A stretch of DNA of 64,000 nt from Balanoglossus misakiensis (lineage: Eukaryota; Animalia; Hemichordata). The notes beneath the pieces were generated by a model, which searched no databases, was not told the origin of the DNA, and worked only from the letters and a program-made list of their open reading frames with translations. The stretch is from the NCBI GenBank assembly GCA_040954595.2, contig CM082581.2, positions 124,001 through 188,000 of the forward strand, in the 5' to 3' direction. Each line of letters opens with the position of its first letter. Position 1 is the stretch's first letter. This document shows positions 1 to 11,002 of this stretch, piece after piece. Made by a program: the position numbers and the translations under genes.

Positions 1-52
1 TTGGTGCTACCATCTTTATCATAATTACTGAATCTTATAATATTTACTAGTT

Positions 53-78
53 GGGGGTGGGTGGGGTGGGGGTGGGGG
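53..78 (+). other. G-quadruplex-forming motif G5TG3TG4TG5TG5 (one per unit)
   Basis: Five G-runs with 1-nt loops; repeated at 16423, 30704, 46461 and 63389. Confidence 0.65.
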
Positions 79-302
79 TAGTTGATGTCATAACTTTCTG
101 ATGTTTCAATTTACGGTTGGAAAAATAGCAACATCTACACTGATGAGCATTTGAGTCAATGAAAGTATTCATCATGGCTACCGTAGTGCATATAAGTCTC
201 TTGGTTAGCTGCACAATCACAGGCAACTTTATTGAGACAATATCAATGACAAAGCCCAGCGATTTCTACTTTGTGCGGGAAATCTGACACTGGTTTGCTT
301 AC

Positions 303-419
303 GTTCAGCGCACGTGGTTCCGATGAAACAGCGTGGACTCTGGCATCTGAACTCGGTGCAGGACACTTGCTGGCAGAATCCACTGGTTAGACAAGGGTTG
401 GGCTGACACGGATTCAAAT
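303..419 (-). pseudogene. EGF-variant exon (117 nt, phase 1-1): LNPCQPNPCLTSGFCQQVSCTEFRCQSPRCFIGTTCAE; one Cys lost (CQS)
   Basis: cag acceptor, gtaag donor, open frame. Confidence 0.85.
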
Positions 420-803
420 CTGTGCACAGAAGAGAAAGTGATATAAATTGTGTACAGTTAATATTTACTACATATACTTTAAACAGATTTGTGCAGTCAG
501 GGTTGAGTGGTAAAAATCTCAGTTGGTCAACAGAACATCACTGTGACAAATTTCTTCCATGTTCAACAAAAGAAACGTAATGAAATTTTGACACAGGTGT
601 AATAGTGTCTTAGTGTACCATACGGTGCAGGTTGTTATTTGGTCAAATACACAATCCCCTTTTATGGCACACACATTCTTAATAAATTTCCCCAAAATTG
701 TGTCGTTATTCACTGTTTGATACAGGTTGGAAGAAACCAACTGCAAGCCGATTATGTGTTATGTTATTATGTTCCTCTTCATCTGAAATTTAAAATCACT
801 CAC

Positions 804-926
804 ATGTCTGACATAAATCGCCGGAGTAACAGCTTGTACAGGAGCATGTGAATTCAGTACACCAATTGGGCGTCAGCACACAGTTTCCACCATTCCGACA
901 CTGGATGGGTTGACACTGGTTGACAG
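804..926 (-). pseudogene. EGF-variant exon (123 nt), intact 8 Cys: VNQCQPIQCRNGGNCVLTPNWCTEFTCSCTSCYSGDLCQT
   Basis: cag acceptor, gtgagt donor; manual translation. Confidence 0.85.
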
Positions 927-1221
927 CTGTGGGATGTGCAGTCAAGATATTGTCAAAATTACAGAATCTACAAACTACACTCCACAGTCATGTACATGTA
1001 TACATGACAACAACCAAAGGGCTGTTTTGAAAAACCAAATGCTGTGAAATCCTTTAGAGTGTGACAAGAAACCACAGTTGCAACCGAAAACAAAAATAGT
1101 GATAACATTAAGCTAGCCCAAAGTTTGAGTTACCAGGGCTTTAATATGTGTACCGTACTTATATTATATAATATATAACAAGTGTTTTGCATTGAATAAA
1201 ATAATATTGGTTAGTACTTAC

Positions 1222-1341
1222 GCATTGTACATGTGGCACCAGTGAAGCATTCGGTACACATACAGTCAAACAGGAAACAGCCGTCTCACGCAACGCATGT
1301 GCCACCATTTTGACAAGGCATAGGGTATAACTGATCAATGG
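1222..1341 (-). pseudogene. EGF-variant exon (120 nt) with in-frame TGA: IDQLYPMPCQNGGTCVA*DGCFLFDCMCTECFTGATCTM
   Basis: cag/gtaagt boundaries. TGA at 1286-1288 (minus strand) is present in all four complete copies, and the first Cys is lost. Confidence 0.85.
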
Positions 1342-1735
1342 CTGCCAAAACAAAAATGAAAGTATCAATTACCTGCTTGTCAAAAACTTGTACATGTACT
1401 TGTGATGTTCATTTCGTTTAAATACGTGAGCAATGTCTTCATTCCTTGTTTCAAACCTTTACATTTAAAATAACATAATGATGCTATTGCTAGGATTTTT
1501 CTGTAAGAATCTTGAAAAATTAAAAAAATGTGCCATCAACATGATACAGAAGGCTTTCCTTTTTAACATGCACCTCACACTCAATTTTGACCCTACATCA
1601 GCAAATTTTGAAAGGATGAAACTTAGTAATGCTTCCACCCCATTTATTGGTGTATGGGTCCATCTATCACATTGAGAATACCAAAAATGAGGGTTTATAT
1701 ACCACGCTGTGTCATAAAACAGTAATTCGACACAC

Positions 1736-1858
1736 CTACGGCACAGATGGCCCCAGTCCAACACTTCTGGCAGTAACAGGTGTAGTCAGTATAAGAATTT
1801 GGTGTTTTGGAACAATAGCCTCCATTTTGACACGGATTCTGATCACATGGGTTAATGA
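1736..1858 (-). pseudogene. EGF-variant exon (123 nt) with mutated acceptor: INPCDQNPCQNGGYCSKTPNSYTDYTCYCQKCWTGAICAV
   Basis: The acceptor reads TG instead of AG after a polypyrimidine tract; donor is gtgtgt. AAG>TAG in copies 3 and 4. Confidence 0.8.
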
Positions 1859-2432
1859 CAATCAGAAAAAAAATAGTTTAAAACACATGAAATGCAGATG
1901 GCTACACCTCAACCAAAGATGATTCCTGCACCACAACAACATCCTTTGACACAAGCATTATACTGGAACCATACCCAGAACACGCATTAAGTATATGATG
2001 AAGGGACAATGTCTCTATTTTGGGTAATACAGTAAAACCTGTCTTTATGGACACCTCTCTAATCAGAACACCTAGTAAGATTGATTTTTCAAGCCAAATA
2101 GTAAGGATAATTAAGGACGTCTCTTTTACTTAATACTCAGAGGTGTGCACCACCTTAGGAGAGATTACCTCACATGCACAATTATCTCTACAGACACTAG
2201 TCTTCAAGAGGCAACTCTTGTATATTTGAGTGATGAAAACATCCAACTTCGTACACTTCCTCACAAGTTCGTGCCTATCCTAAATTGCACGGACATACAA
2301 ATGAAATTTCTGTTTCCTTTTCCTTTCTTTTCTCTTGGGGAAATTTTAGAAATGAGAAGTTACCACACAATTCAATTGCCATGAAGAGAAAGTGCCCAAA
2401 AGATTGTCATTTACGGTACGTCAGAAACTTAC

Positions 2433-2555
2433 ATATTTCACAACGGTTACCCTCATAGCAACCAGTACAGGCACAGGTATATGCCGTGCAGGAGTTGGCC
2501 ACTGCATTACATACAGCCCCGTTGAGACAGCTGTTTCGCTGGCCTGGATCTTGGA
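2433..2555 (-). pseudogene. EGF-variant exon (123 nt): QDPGQRNSCLNGAVCNAVANSCTAYTCACTGCYEGNRCEI
   Basis: cag/gtaagt boundaries. The first Cys is Gly in copies 1 and 4 but Cys in copy 3 (33085..33207). Confidence 0.85.
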
Positions 2556-2946
2556 CTGCAATAAAAAGTGCAACCTAATGTTATCTCAGCAATATTTACT
2601 TTCAAAATCTGTTTGATGAAAACATCATCATTACCATTACTGTAAATACTGAACGGAACTTCACTTCCAAAAACAACTTGCTCATTCTGGGACGCACTTA
2701 TGGGGCTATGAAAATCTCTGTATATGTATCTTGTGTAGGGAAAATTTTCATGAACGATCAACAGTTTTTTCTTCAAATAAACATGTTTTCTTTCAGCTGT
2801 ACATCATTTTTGAGGTGACCGATTCCCAAGGACCAAGGTGTGATGCTGAAGATGAAAATATAAAGTATGACCAACAGACAATGTATTGAGACATGATTGT
2901 AAATGTTAGTTCCTGCATGACAAATGTTTGTTTTAATGAGTTTTAC

Positions 2947-3063
2947 ACTGGCTGCAGTGTGTGCCGGTGAAACATCCTGGACAAGTACACTCATAAGTTG
3001 TACAAGACAGCTGAGTACACCGCCCATTGTTCAGGCATGGACTTGGCCTACATGGAGTTTGTT
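2947..3063 (-). pseudogene. EGF-variant exon (117 nt), intact 8 Cys: QTPCRPSPCLNNGRCTQLSCTTYECTCPGCFTGTHCSQ
   Basis: cag/gtaaaa boundaries. Deleted in copy 2 and interrupted in copy 3. Confidence 0.85.
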
Positions 3064-3463
3064 CTGTTTCAATGGCATGAAAAAAAAATAGTAGTGACAT
3101 AAGTTTTTTAGGGTATGACCATTTCCCTAATTCCTACAGCTGTGGTTCTATCGGGTTCTCCTATAACTGAGCCTCCTAAATGTATAACTGAACAATAAGA
3201 AGTCAAGGGTGCCCTGACACCCAACTTTTAAGAGCAGTTCATTTACTGAAACTGCCAGCACCCAATATTATCCCACATGTAATCCATATGTGGAATTATA
3301 TTATACCAGTATATTGAAGGTGTAAATCACGCTATTTGATTGGTCGAGACACGACACGTGACCAGGATATATTAGCCATATACCACAGTCATATATCATA
3401 GTCAAAGAAAATGCCTTTTTAAAATGTTTTATGCAAAGTTTCAATATACTGGCATAATATAAT

Positions 3464-3606
3464 AGCAATAAAACACCCCCAGCCATGGTATACCACTCGA
3501 TTTTGACCAGTTCAACTCCATATACGCACTCGCTATCGCTCGTGCGTATATGTCGTGAACTGGTCAAAATCTCGTGGTATACCATGGCTGGGGGTGTTTT
3601 ATTGCT
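3464..3606. mobile_element. 143-bp near-perfect palindrome, MITE-like; probably the end of an element starting near 3300
   Basis: Arm AGCAATAAAACACCCCCAGCCATGGTATACCAC..GATTTTGACCAGTTCA is mirrored at 3556-3606. Also at 19212, 34499 and (split by a LINE) 49873. Confidence 0.75.
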
Positions 3607-3852
3607 TAAATCAAATACACCTGTAACAGTTTTAATTTACCATGTGGGTATTTGCATGGAGGGCCATGGTATTTGTTATCTACTGATAAAATACCCTTCA
3701 AAACAATATCCTCATTTCTTCAGAAGTTTGGCAACAAGACCAATAAAATTTGAAGTTTCACATCAAAATATACAATGCATAAATATGCTTAAAGATCTAC
3801 GGAATAAAGATTGCTTGTTTGTTTGCAGGGTGTCTTGAAAGTATATACTCAC

Positions 3853-5094
3853 TTGTTTGACCATGGACCCTAGAGAAAGAAGGACGCGCAACTCCAGTTT
3901 TTTCTTGAAATGATGTTCTTTTGCATACATTATTTCCAGGTAAATCCCAATAATCCAATTTGCAAATAAACTGTGTATAAACTAACGCAAAGTCTCGCGT
4001 TTTGCGTGAAGTTATCACAAACACCTTAGAACATCTCGCAGAAGACGAGAAAACTGCAACGTGGTTGAACGCAGCAATCATTTATGGAACACATCTGCAC
4101 AAGTTAAACAGGAATTTGGCACCTCTGAGTCTGACAGCGTCCAAAACAAGCATCTTTTGTCTAACAGTCCGGGTATTTCACAAGGCTGTGAGCTAACCGT
4201 ACCGAGGGTTGCCTGGCGGCAATAGCGCACACATGAAAATCCAGCCAGTTTGTTTATAAATTGTTTTCGTGAAATCTGTTTTATTGTTCACGCACTGCGA
4301 AATAAAATGCCCCTAAACCACAATTTTTGTTTCAATGCTTCACGCAAACATAAAATTATTACGAAAAGTGTCAGCGTTACCAAGAAATATGAGTGCCCAG
4401 TCGGACATGCAAGAAGGACGCGCAACTCCAGTTTTTTCTTGAAATGATGTTCTTTTGCATACATTATTTCCAGGTAAATCCCAATAATCCAATTTGCAAA
4501 TAAACTGTGTATAAACTAACGCAAAGTCTCGCGTTTTGCGTGAAGTTATCACAAACACCTTAGAACATCTCGCAGAAGACGAGAAAACTGCAACGTGGTT
4601 GAACGCAGCAATCATTTATGGAACACATCTGCACAAGTTAAACAGGAATTTGGCATGGATGATTTGTTTACAATTTTTAAATGAAGCTTGTGGCACTAGA
4701 AATGACCGTTCATCCGACAGACGACCATAATAATTAGCACAGACATCGTAATACTTTTAGAATTTTAGAAAAAAACGCAGTGGCTGCTGAAATGCAGGAG
4801 TGTCAGTTTGGTGGCAAGTTTTCGCATCACTGGTGGGGTCGACACGTGCCGAAGTAAGGAAGTCATTGTCCAACTGTCCTGGGTGTTAATTATATGCAAA
4901 AGAACATCATCATACAGATAATCCCCAAACCCTTTGATCTTTGCCGCAGTTGCTCGTCCTTCTTTCTCTAGGGTCTATGGTTTGACAGATGTCACCTGTG
5001 TAAGAGTTCACACACTGGCATGAATAGAAATTGCACGATGTTTGCTGGCAAAATCCACCATTCATACATGGGTTGGGATCACAGGGGTTTTGCA
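3853..5094 (-). pseudogene. EGF-variant exon split by a DNA transposon: QNPCDPNPCMNGGFCQQTSCNFYSCQCVNSYTGDICQT
   Basis: Acceptor at 5095-5096. Removing 3862..4979 and one TSD restores ...TGT CAA ACA A/gtgagt. Confidence 0.85.
3862..4979. mobile_element. Non-autonomous TIR DNA transposon (1118 bp), possibly P superfamily
   Basis: ~32-bp TIRs CAT(G/A)GACCCTAGAGAAAGAAGGACG(C/A)GCAACT; direct repeat GTTTGAC at 3855-3861 and 4980-4986; internal ~244-bp duplication (3877-4120 = 4411-4654). Also at 19610..20727, 34897..36014 and 52311..53428. Confidence 0.85.
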
Positions 5095-5648
5095 CTGGAA
5101 ATTAAGAAAGGACGCCATTTTATTCCTTGCTACTCATTATACAGTACAGATATGGCAAAAACCTTGCAGAATTATGGCAAGGGTGTGTGGAGTGATTGTG
5201 CCTACAACTTATATTAGGCTGGTATCAAGTTGTTCACACCTCCATAGATCATGTGGCAGTGACTGTGAGGCAAGGGCTTCCCTTCATGAAATCAAAGACC
5301 TGTGTACTGGAGGAGGGTTCCTTGCAAATGCTTGACTTGACTTCAAGCATACCTGTAGACTCATATGTAAATTTACACTATCTGGCCTGGAGTGAGAATT
5401 TCCATAGTGGATGTGCGTTGACAAAAGGCTGTAAAATTGGCCAGTCGCGCATAATGTTTCTTGAACTAAGACAATCAAGACATTATGCGCTACGAAAGTG
5501 ATTTTGATTGGGAAGAGTGTAATCTTGCATTCGATGTCAAGAACGCTCCAAGCTCTGCTGTGGTGATGGCTACACCTATGCTCAGGAAACATGCAGTATT
5601 TGAATGCATCAGAGACAAAAGGTAAAAGAGACTGCGCTGTATACTTAC

Positions 5649-5771
5649 ATATCTCACACCTATCACCTTTGTAGCAACCAGTACATATGCAGGTGAGATC
5701 AAAGCAGGAATTTCGAGCCGGTTGACAGAAGCCACCATTCTGGCACGGATTTGGTGGACACTGGTTGAGTC
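5649..5771 (-). pseudogene. EGF-variant exon (123 nt), intact 8 Cys: LNQCPPNPCQNGGFCQPARNSCFDLTCICTGCYKGDRCEI
   Basis: tag/gtaagt boundaries; lies within ORF 5284..5889. Confidence 0.88.
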
Positions 5772-5994
5772 CTACAAGGAAAAGGGTCAAATTTTCCATG
5801 ATCATCAATGTCATGTGATTATGAATGTATGTCAGTGGCTGAAAAAAATTCCCAGGGGTGAGTTTCCTACAAAAATTGTGATGTGACAAACCGACAAATT
5901 AGCATATTAGCATAATCAGAATAAATAAAAAACAGGTAGTTTAAAAGAACAAACACTTTGGAAAAGGAATAGAGCTAAGCTGCTGTCCCTTTCT

Positions 5995-6445
5995 AATTGT
6001 TACTCGTTCAAAAATCACCTGTCACATCACTCCAATTTTGTATCAGTTGCACTGGCTACCTGTTACAGAGCGTATTGTTTTTAAGATGTTAGTTCTCATT
6101 TTTAAATCCATTCATAAACTTGGTCCAATCTATGTTTCTAGCATGACTAATCTATATGTTCCGTGTCGCAATTTGAGGTCAGCTGATCAGTTCAAACTCT
6201 GCCCTGTTCGATCACGCACCAAGAGTTATGGTGATCGTGCTTTTACTGTTGCTGCTCCAATTCTTTGGAATAATCTTCCACTCACCATTCGCCAGGCACC
6301 AGACTTATCTGTTTTTAAATCAAATGTTAAAACTTTACTTTTTAAATCTGTTTTTTAGCCATTTGTTGTATTGTACTTTTGCTTTAAGCGTCATTGATCA
6401 CATTTTTTGTGGATACTGACGCTATACAAATAAATTATTATTATT
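5995..6445 (+). mobile_element. 5'-truncated L2/CR1-group LINE 3' end (ORF2 C-terminus, 3' UTR, (ATT)n tail)
   Basis: HITPILYQLHWLPVTERIVFK...GDRAFTVAAPILWNNLP is typical of the L2-clade ORF2 C-terminus. Present in every unit (21743, 37030, 54444) and near-identical to the 3' end of the LINE at 49960-51993. Confidence 0.9.
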
Positions 6446-7924
6446 AGGGCCCAAGCGCTTGCTTGCGCTTGGGCCCTATTGGTTTCGTTGGGGTTTTTCT
6501 TTCTTTCTTTCTTTCTTTTTTCTTGTGTCAATTCTTCGGCCAACTAAATCTCTGAAACTACTGCAGGTACACTTCTCAAACTTGCTACAGTGGTCAAGGT
6601 CAATGAGTAGATGTGCAGTGGCTTGTGAATATTTAATTAGTCACGTGGCATGGCGGCCATATTGGATTTTCTGAAAAAATGCAAATCTCAGATCTCAGAA
6701 ACTACAAGTCAGATCGACTTCAGATTTGGCGTGCAGGTAGTGTACCTTCAGCCCATCATTTTTGTAATTGGATATTTTGCTGTCAATGTTGCAGTTTTTT
6801 TGCTACAGTTGTTTTTCTGAAATCTGGTCAAAATTTCAAAAATCTTCTTCTCCAGAACCGGCGATAACCGAGTCACGCGGTTTGGGGTATGTGGTCACCT
6901 AACTGATGTCTATCAAGTTTGCGAAGATCATTGTGATTGGTCGAAGATTATGGCGGCCATATTGGATTTTCGAAAAACCATAGTTAAACTCCAAAAATCT
7001 TCTACTCCAGAACGGGCGATGACTGAGTCGCAAGATTCGGGGAGTATGGTCACTACACTGATGTCTATCAAGTTTGCAAACAGCATTGTGATTGGTCAAA
7101 GATTATGGCGGCCATATTGGATTTTGTAAAAAGCAGTGAAAAATTGAAATTCCTTTTTCTAGTCTTAAAATTGATAGCATACAAATTCTTTTTATGGATA
7201 TCAATCGTCATGTGACTAAAATATGTTACAATTTTTTGACGATTTTTCACATGACCTTTGACCTACTTATCACGCGTTATTATTTCTGCATATCTAATTC
7301 CTGGCTAACCTATAGGGCTAGACGTTTGGTTTTTGATGAATGTGGATTAGTGTGTGATCAAAATATTTTGCTACTTTTCATGACCCCTTTGACCTCAGCT
7401 GACCTCATTAATTATGTGCATAGCTAATTACAGGCGAACCAATAGAGCTAGAGGTTTGGTTTTGTTGAACATGGACCAGTATGGGGTCAAAATTTTTTGC
7501 CTAAATGTTGGGTGACCTCTGGTGACCTTTGACCTACTTTCGCATATCTCAGCATCCAGAGCAGATACAGCCTTGGCATTTGGCAGGATGGGAGCTTAAT
7601 GTAAAGCCAAATTTTTGGGTCACCTGTGACACCTGCTGACCTCATTTAATATGCACATACCTAATTACAGGCGAACCAATAGAGCTAGAGTTTTGGGTTT
7701 TGTTGGACATGGACGAGTATGGGTCAAAAATTCTTTCCCAAATGTTAGGTGACCTCAGGTGACCTTTGACCTACTTCACCCTATTTCAGCAGCAAAAATA
7801 CACACGTCCTTGATATGTCATGAGATAATACATCCGATAGAAAATTCTGTTTCTTCTCATTCATACTGTGCATATATAATTCGAGATCAGCGCTTGGGCC
7901 CGACAATGCTGCTCGCAGCTTTAA
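6446..7924 (+). mobile_element. Helentron-associated non-autonomous element (HINE/DINE-1-like), private to copy 1
   Basis: 5' palindrome AGGGCCCAAGCGCTTGCTTGCGCTTGGGCCCT, then a (TTTC)n microsatellite and internal tandem subrepeats. Ends in subTIR AGCGCTTGGGCCC and hairpin GCTGCTCGCAGC. Inserted in (ATT)n; absent from copies 2-4. Confidence 0.8.
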
Positions 7925-8032
7925 TTATTATTATTATTTCTATTTTTGTGTTTGTACAACATCAGTGAAGTTTAAATCATAATAAAAAAAAATGATAATT
8001 ATCATTATTAACTGCTATAGATTCAAACTTAC

Positions 8033-8155
8033 TTGTCTCACACCTGTTTCCCTAGTAACACTCTGTGCACATGCCAATGGTGGCAGTACAAGAATTTGCC
8101 TGTTGTTGGCAGGTACCTCCATTGAGACAAGGACTAGTGAAGCATGGATTAGGAA
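8033..8155 (-). pseudogene. EGF-variant exon (123 nt) with in-frame TAG: PNPCFTSPCLNGGTCQQQANSCTATIGMCTECY*GNRCET
   Basis: cag/gtaagt boundaries; TAG at 8052-8054 in all copies. Confidence 0.85.
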
Positions 8156-8385
8156 CTGGAAGACAGGAATTCAAAATTTTATAAAACAGTTACCTATGGT
8201 AACACCAGTACACGTTCATTATTTCTCTGTTATGTTTTTATACTGGTGATTTTACTGTTTTTATTACCGATCATATGACTGACTTAAAGATGATGATGAT
8301 GATGATAATGACTACACCTGCTATTATTACTACAATGTACCTCAGCACTTAGATTTTTTAATAAATGACAAAGTACTGTACTCAC

Positions 8386-8515
8386 GTGTTTCACATGTGA
8401 AGCCCAGGTAGCAGCCAGCACATAGACATGTGACGCCTGTACAAGATCCCTGGATTGCTTGGCAAGTACCAGCATTCCGGCATGGGTTAAGGTTTGTGTT
8501 CGCACGGATTCATTG
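8386..8515 (-). pseudogene. EGF-variant exon, frameshifted (130 nt = 123+7): MNPCE..NPCRNAGTCQAIQGSCTGVTCLCAGCYLGFTCET
   Basis: cag/gtgagt boundaries; 7 extra nt after the first Cys produce TAA. Confidence 0.8.
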
Positions 8516-9335
8516 CTGCAAATGTACACAATATTTACAAAATAAAACAGTATACAACTGTAAGTATTTATAATCATCAATTGTGAATATCACACCAATC
8601 AAGGCCTTTTAATGCACCCTGATTGCTGAGAGCTGAAATACGTGAACCAACGTGTATTTGTTTTCACTACTATATCACATGACATTCTGCATCTCTTTTC
8701 CATAGTTGGAGTCTGCACCCAACATTGTATTCCGGGGTAGCACTACCCGGAACCCCGAAACTTTTTCGTCATCATCCGAGTACTTTTCCCAGCATGCAGT
8801 TGCCAAGAAGGCTGCACAGGGAGTTTTTAATTTTGCACTGGTATACAATTTTTTTATTCGTCAATTTCACAGACACGTGCATTGCACATCAAAATTTTGC
8901 GTCAGAAGTGAGGACAACTTAACTAGGTACCAATGCAATGTGGTTTTAGGCGGATTTGAACTTTTCCTTTAATGTAACAGTTGTATTGACATGCGATTAT
9001 CATACTGAACATGAAGCAATCTCAAAATTGCTAAAAATAAAATAATTCAGAACATTTAGATTCTACAATGGTGAAAAAATATGACAAACCTTCCAAAAAT
9101 CTTATTTTTGAGGCCATTTTACAAAAATCTACGAGCCTGGCAAAATCTGAAAGAGGTGCTAGATAAAGGGCGCTTTTTCAAAACTCTAGATGGTTGACCC
9201 CCAATTTTTATTCCATAGATTAAATGTTTAGAAGTCATAGTATCATCAGTATTAATTTTAACATGATCAGACGACCCTTTATTTCGAGGTGCGCAACACC
9301 TTAAATATGTTTTTACGACTAAGACGACTACAAAC

Positions 9336-9552
9336 CTGGTAGAAGGGGAGTACATGTTGTTGATGGTCCCAGAGAGTAGGTTCTTGATGTGCAGGCAAGT
9401 GGGTGATGTTGCTGCACACTGACAGCCTGGATCGCAAGGGGTACAGGATACTTCTGTGGCTGTGTCAGCATAATAACTTGATGGACAAGGAATGGGGCTG
9501 TCTGACCCATCTGGACAGTAGTTACCTACGCCGCAATCAGCACATGTCATGT
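9336..9552 (-). pseudogene. GCC2/GCC3 (ephrin-receptor-like) Cys-repeat exon, frameshifted
   Basis: MTCADCGVGNYCPDGSDSPIPCPSSYYADTATEVSCTPCDPGCQC, then in a shifted frame LACTSRTYSLGPSTTCTP; cag/gtttg boundaries. Confidence 0.75.
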
Positions 9553-9728
9553 CTGTAGAATAACAGCAGCTTGTGTAGTGAGTGTTTTGCCGATATGACA
9601 GAGTTCAAGTATGCTTATTTGGTTAAATTTTAAAAGGAATATCACCCGCTGTTTTAGAGTTAATATTGCGAAAGGGACTTCATAAGTTGTCTGAAAACAC
9701 CAGTTTCCCCAATTTTCACTAATGTATA

Positions 9729-10370
9729 GGAATACATGAGAAGTCGGCCAGATTAGAAGTCAGCCACTACGCGCGTATGAGAAGTCGGCCAGTTGTTGAA
9801 CTTGTACCCGAATAGTGCAGTGATGACCCAGATTACTTATAACAACACTTAATAAAATATAATTGCACTAAATATTTTCATTTGGACGGATTTCCCAAAT
9901 TCTTGACAACACAATGGCGTCATTTCAAATAATGGCGTCTGGCATCCGTACCAGTTCCCCATCCCCGTATCCGCGTAAGGAGCTTAGGTTGTTCGCCAAA
10001 TTCCTGTGACATTTCTGATTAAAGGGAGTTGTTTCAAAGCCTACTAAAATACATAGAAGATGTATGTGTATATTCATACTTTCTGAGACAACACCAAACA
10101 AACAAACGTGACAAGGAACAGACTACTGGCGCAGCTCAAGAAGTGCAGGTGACTGATGTTGACGTACCCCGGTGACGTACATGAAAAGTGAACAGACAGT
10201 TTTAAAATTCATCGGCTATTTGTACAAATATCTCAGCTCCTGTACATCAAGGAAACATTTCGTAGTGAAACAGTTATATATAACACAAAGTACCAGGGTT
10301 CTCTCCCACAGGCCGACTTCTCGTACTGGCCGATACCGACTTCTCATACTGGTCGACTTCTCAGGACACC
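9729..10370. mobile_element. Non-autonomous DNA transposon with inverted subterminal tandem motifs (MULE/foldback-like)
   Basis: ATGAGAAGTCGGCCAG repeats at the left end and their reverse complements (GGCCGACTTCTC) at the right end; GG..CC termini; flanking direct repeat ATGTATA. Also at 24001, 39283 and 56694. Confidence 0.7.
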
Positions 10371-10482
10371 ATGTATAGCATAGCTGTTGAACTAAAAAAA
10401 TATGTAAAACTACAAGTGATGTAAACAACTTGTGGAACCATGTTCAAATCGAGACCAGAAGAAAAGAGATTTCAAGACTTAC

Positions 10483-10556
10483 CTCCTTCAACACTTTACT
10501 TCCCTGTAGCGCACTGTGTGACATTTGTAGTTGTGCATTCATAACCAGAAGGACTT
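10483..10556 (-). pseudogene. Partial Cys-repeat exon with stop: PSGYECTTTNVTQCATGK*SVEG
   Basis: gtaagt donor; in-frame TAA; 5' boundary uncertain. Confidence 0.6.
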
Positions 10557-10804
10557 GGCCGAACCTAGCGAGTATGAACCTATCACAGAAAAAATTCAAA
10601 GAACGATTGGTTTGGTCCAACGATCCCTTATTAGAGAGATGTCCGTAATCACAGGTGTTACTGTACAATACCTCTTCAGTGGAATCATTGTGTTTTTCAA
10701 AGTGCATCACAATATCAACTCCAATGAGCATAACAGTTTAATTTTCTGTGTATGTCATGCTATAACACAGGGAAGTCATAAGAGTAATTTGCAGCCCAAC
10801 TTAC

Positions 10805-11002
10805 CAGTAACTGTTGAACAATCAACTACGGGTGACATGGTTGGACACTTGGATCCTGCTGGACAAGGCGTGCATGTGCCGTCGCCTTCCATAGCATATT
10901 CACCATTGCCACAGTCAAGCGGATCTTACATTGGATCTGAACACGATTGTCCAGCAGGGCACAGAAGACGGGATGTGCGTGCAGGCTCCTCACTTATTTC
11001 AT
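10805..11002 (-). pseudogene. GCC2/GCC3-like Cys-repeat exon with stop: ..LCPAGQSCSDPM*DPLDCGNGEYAMEGDGTCTPCPAGSKCPTMSPVVDCSTVT
   Basis: cag/gtaagt boundaries, 198 nt, CPAG motifs, in-frame TAA in all copies. Confidence 0.8.

Noticed and set aside
1286-1288. In-frame TGA as selenocysteine in a Cys-rich exon
   Set aside because: It is not at a Cys position of the motif and is likely CGA>TGA. Other exons carry TAG/TAA stops and frameshifts, and no SECIS is evident.
2027-2170. Tc1/pogo-like MITE starting TACAGTAAAACCTGTC
   Set aside because: No matching right-hand TIR was found; at most a degraded remnant.
5284-5889. 201-aa ORF as a standalone gene
   Set aside because: Only 5649-5771 is exon-like; the rest is intron read-through.
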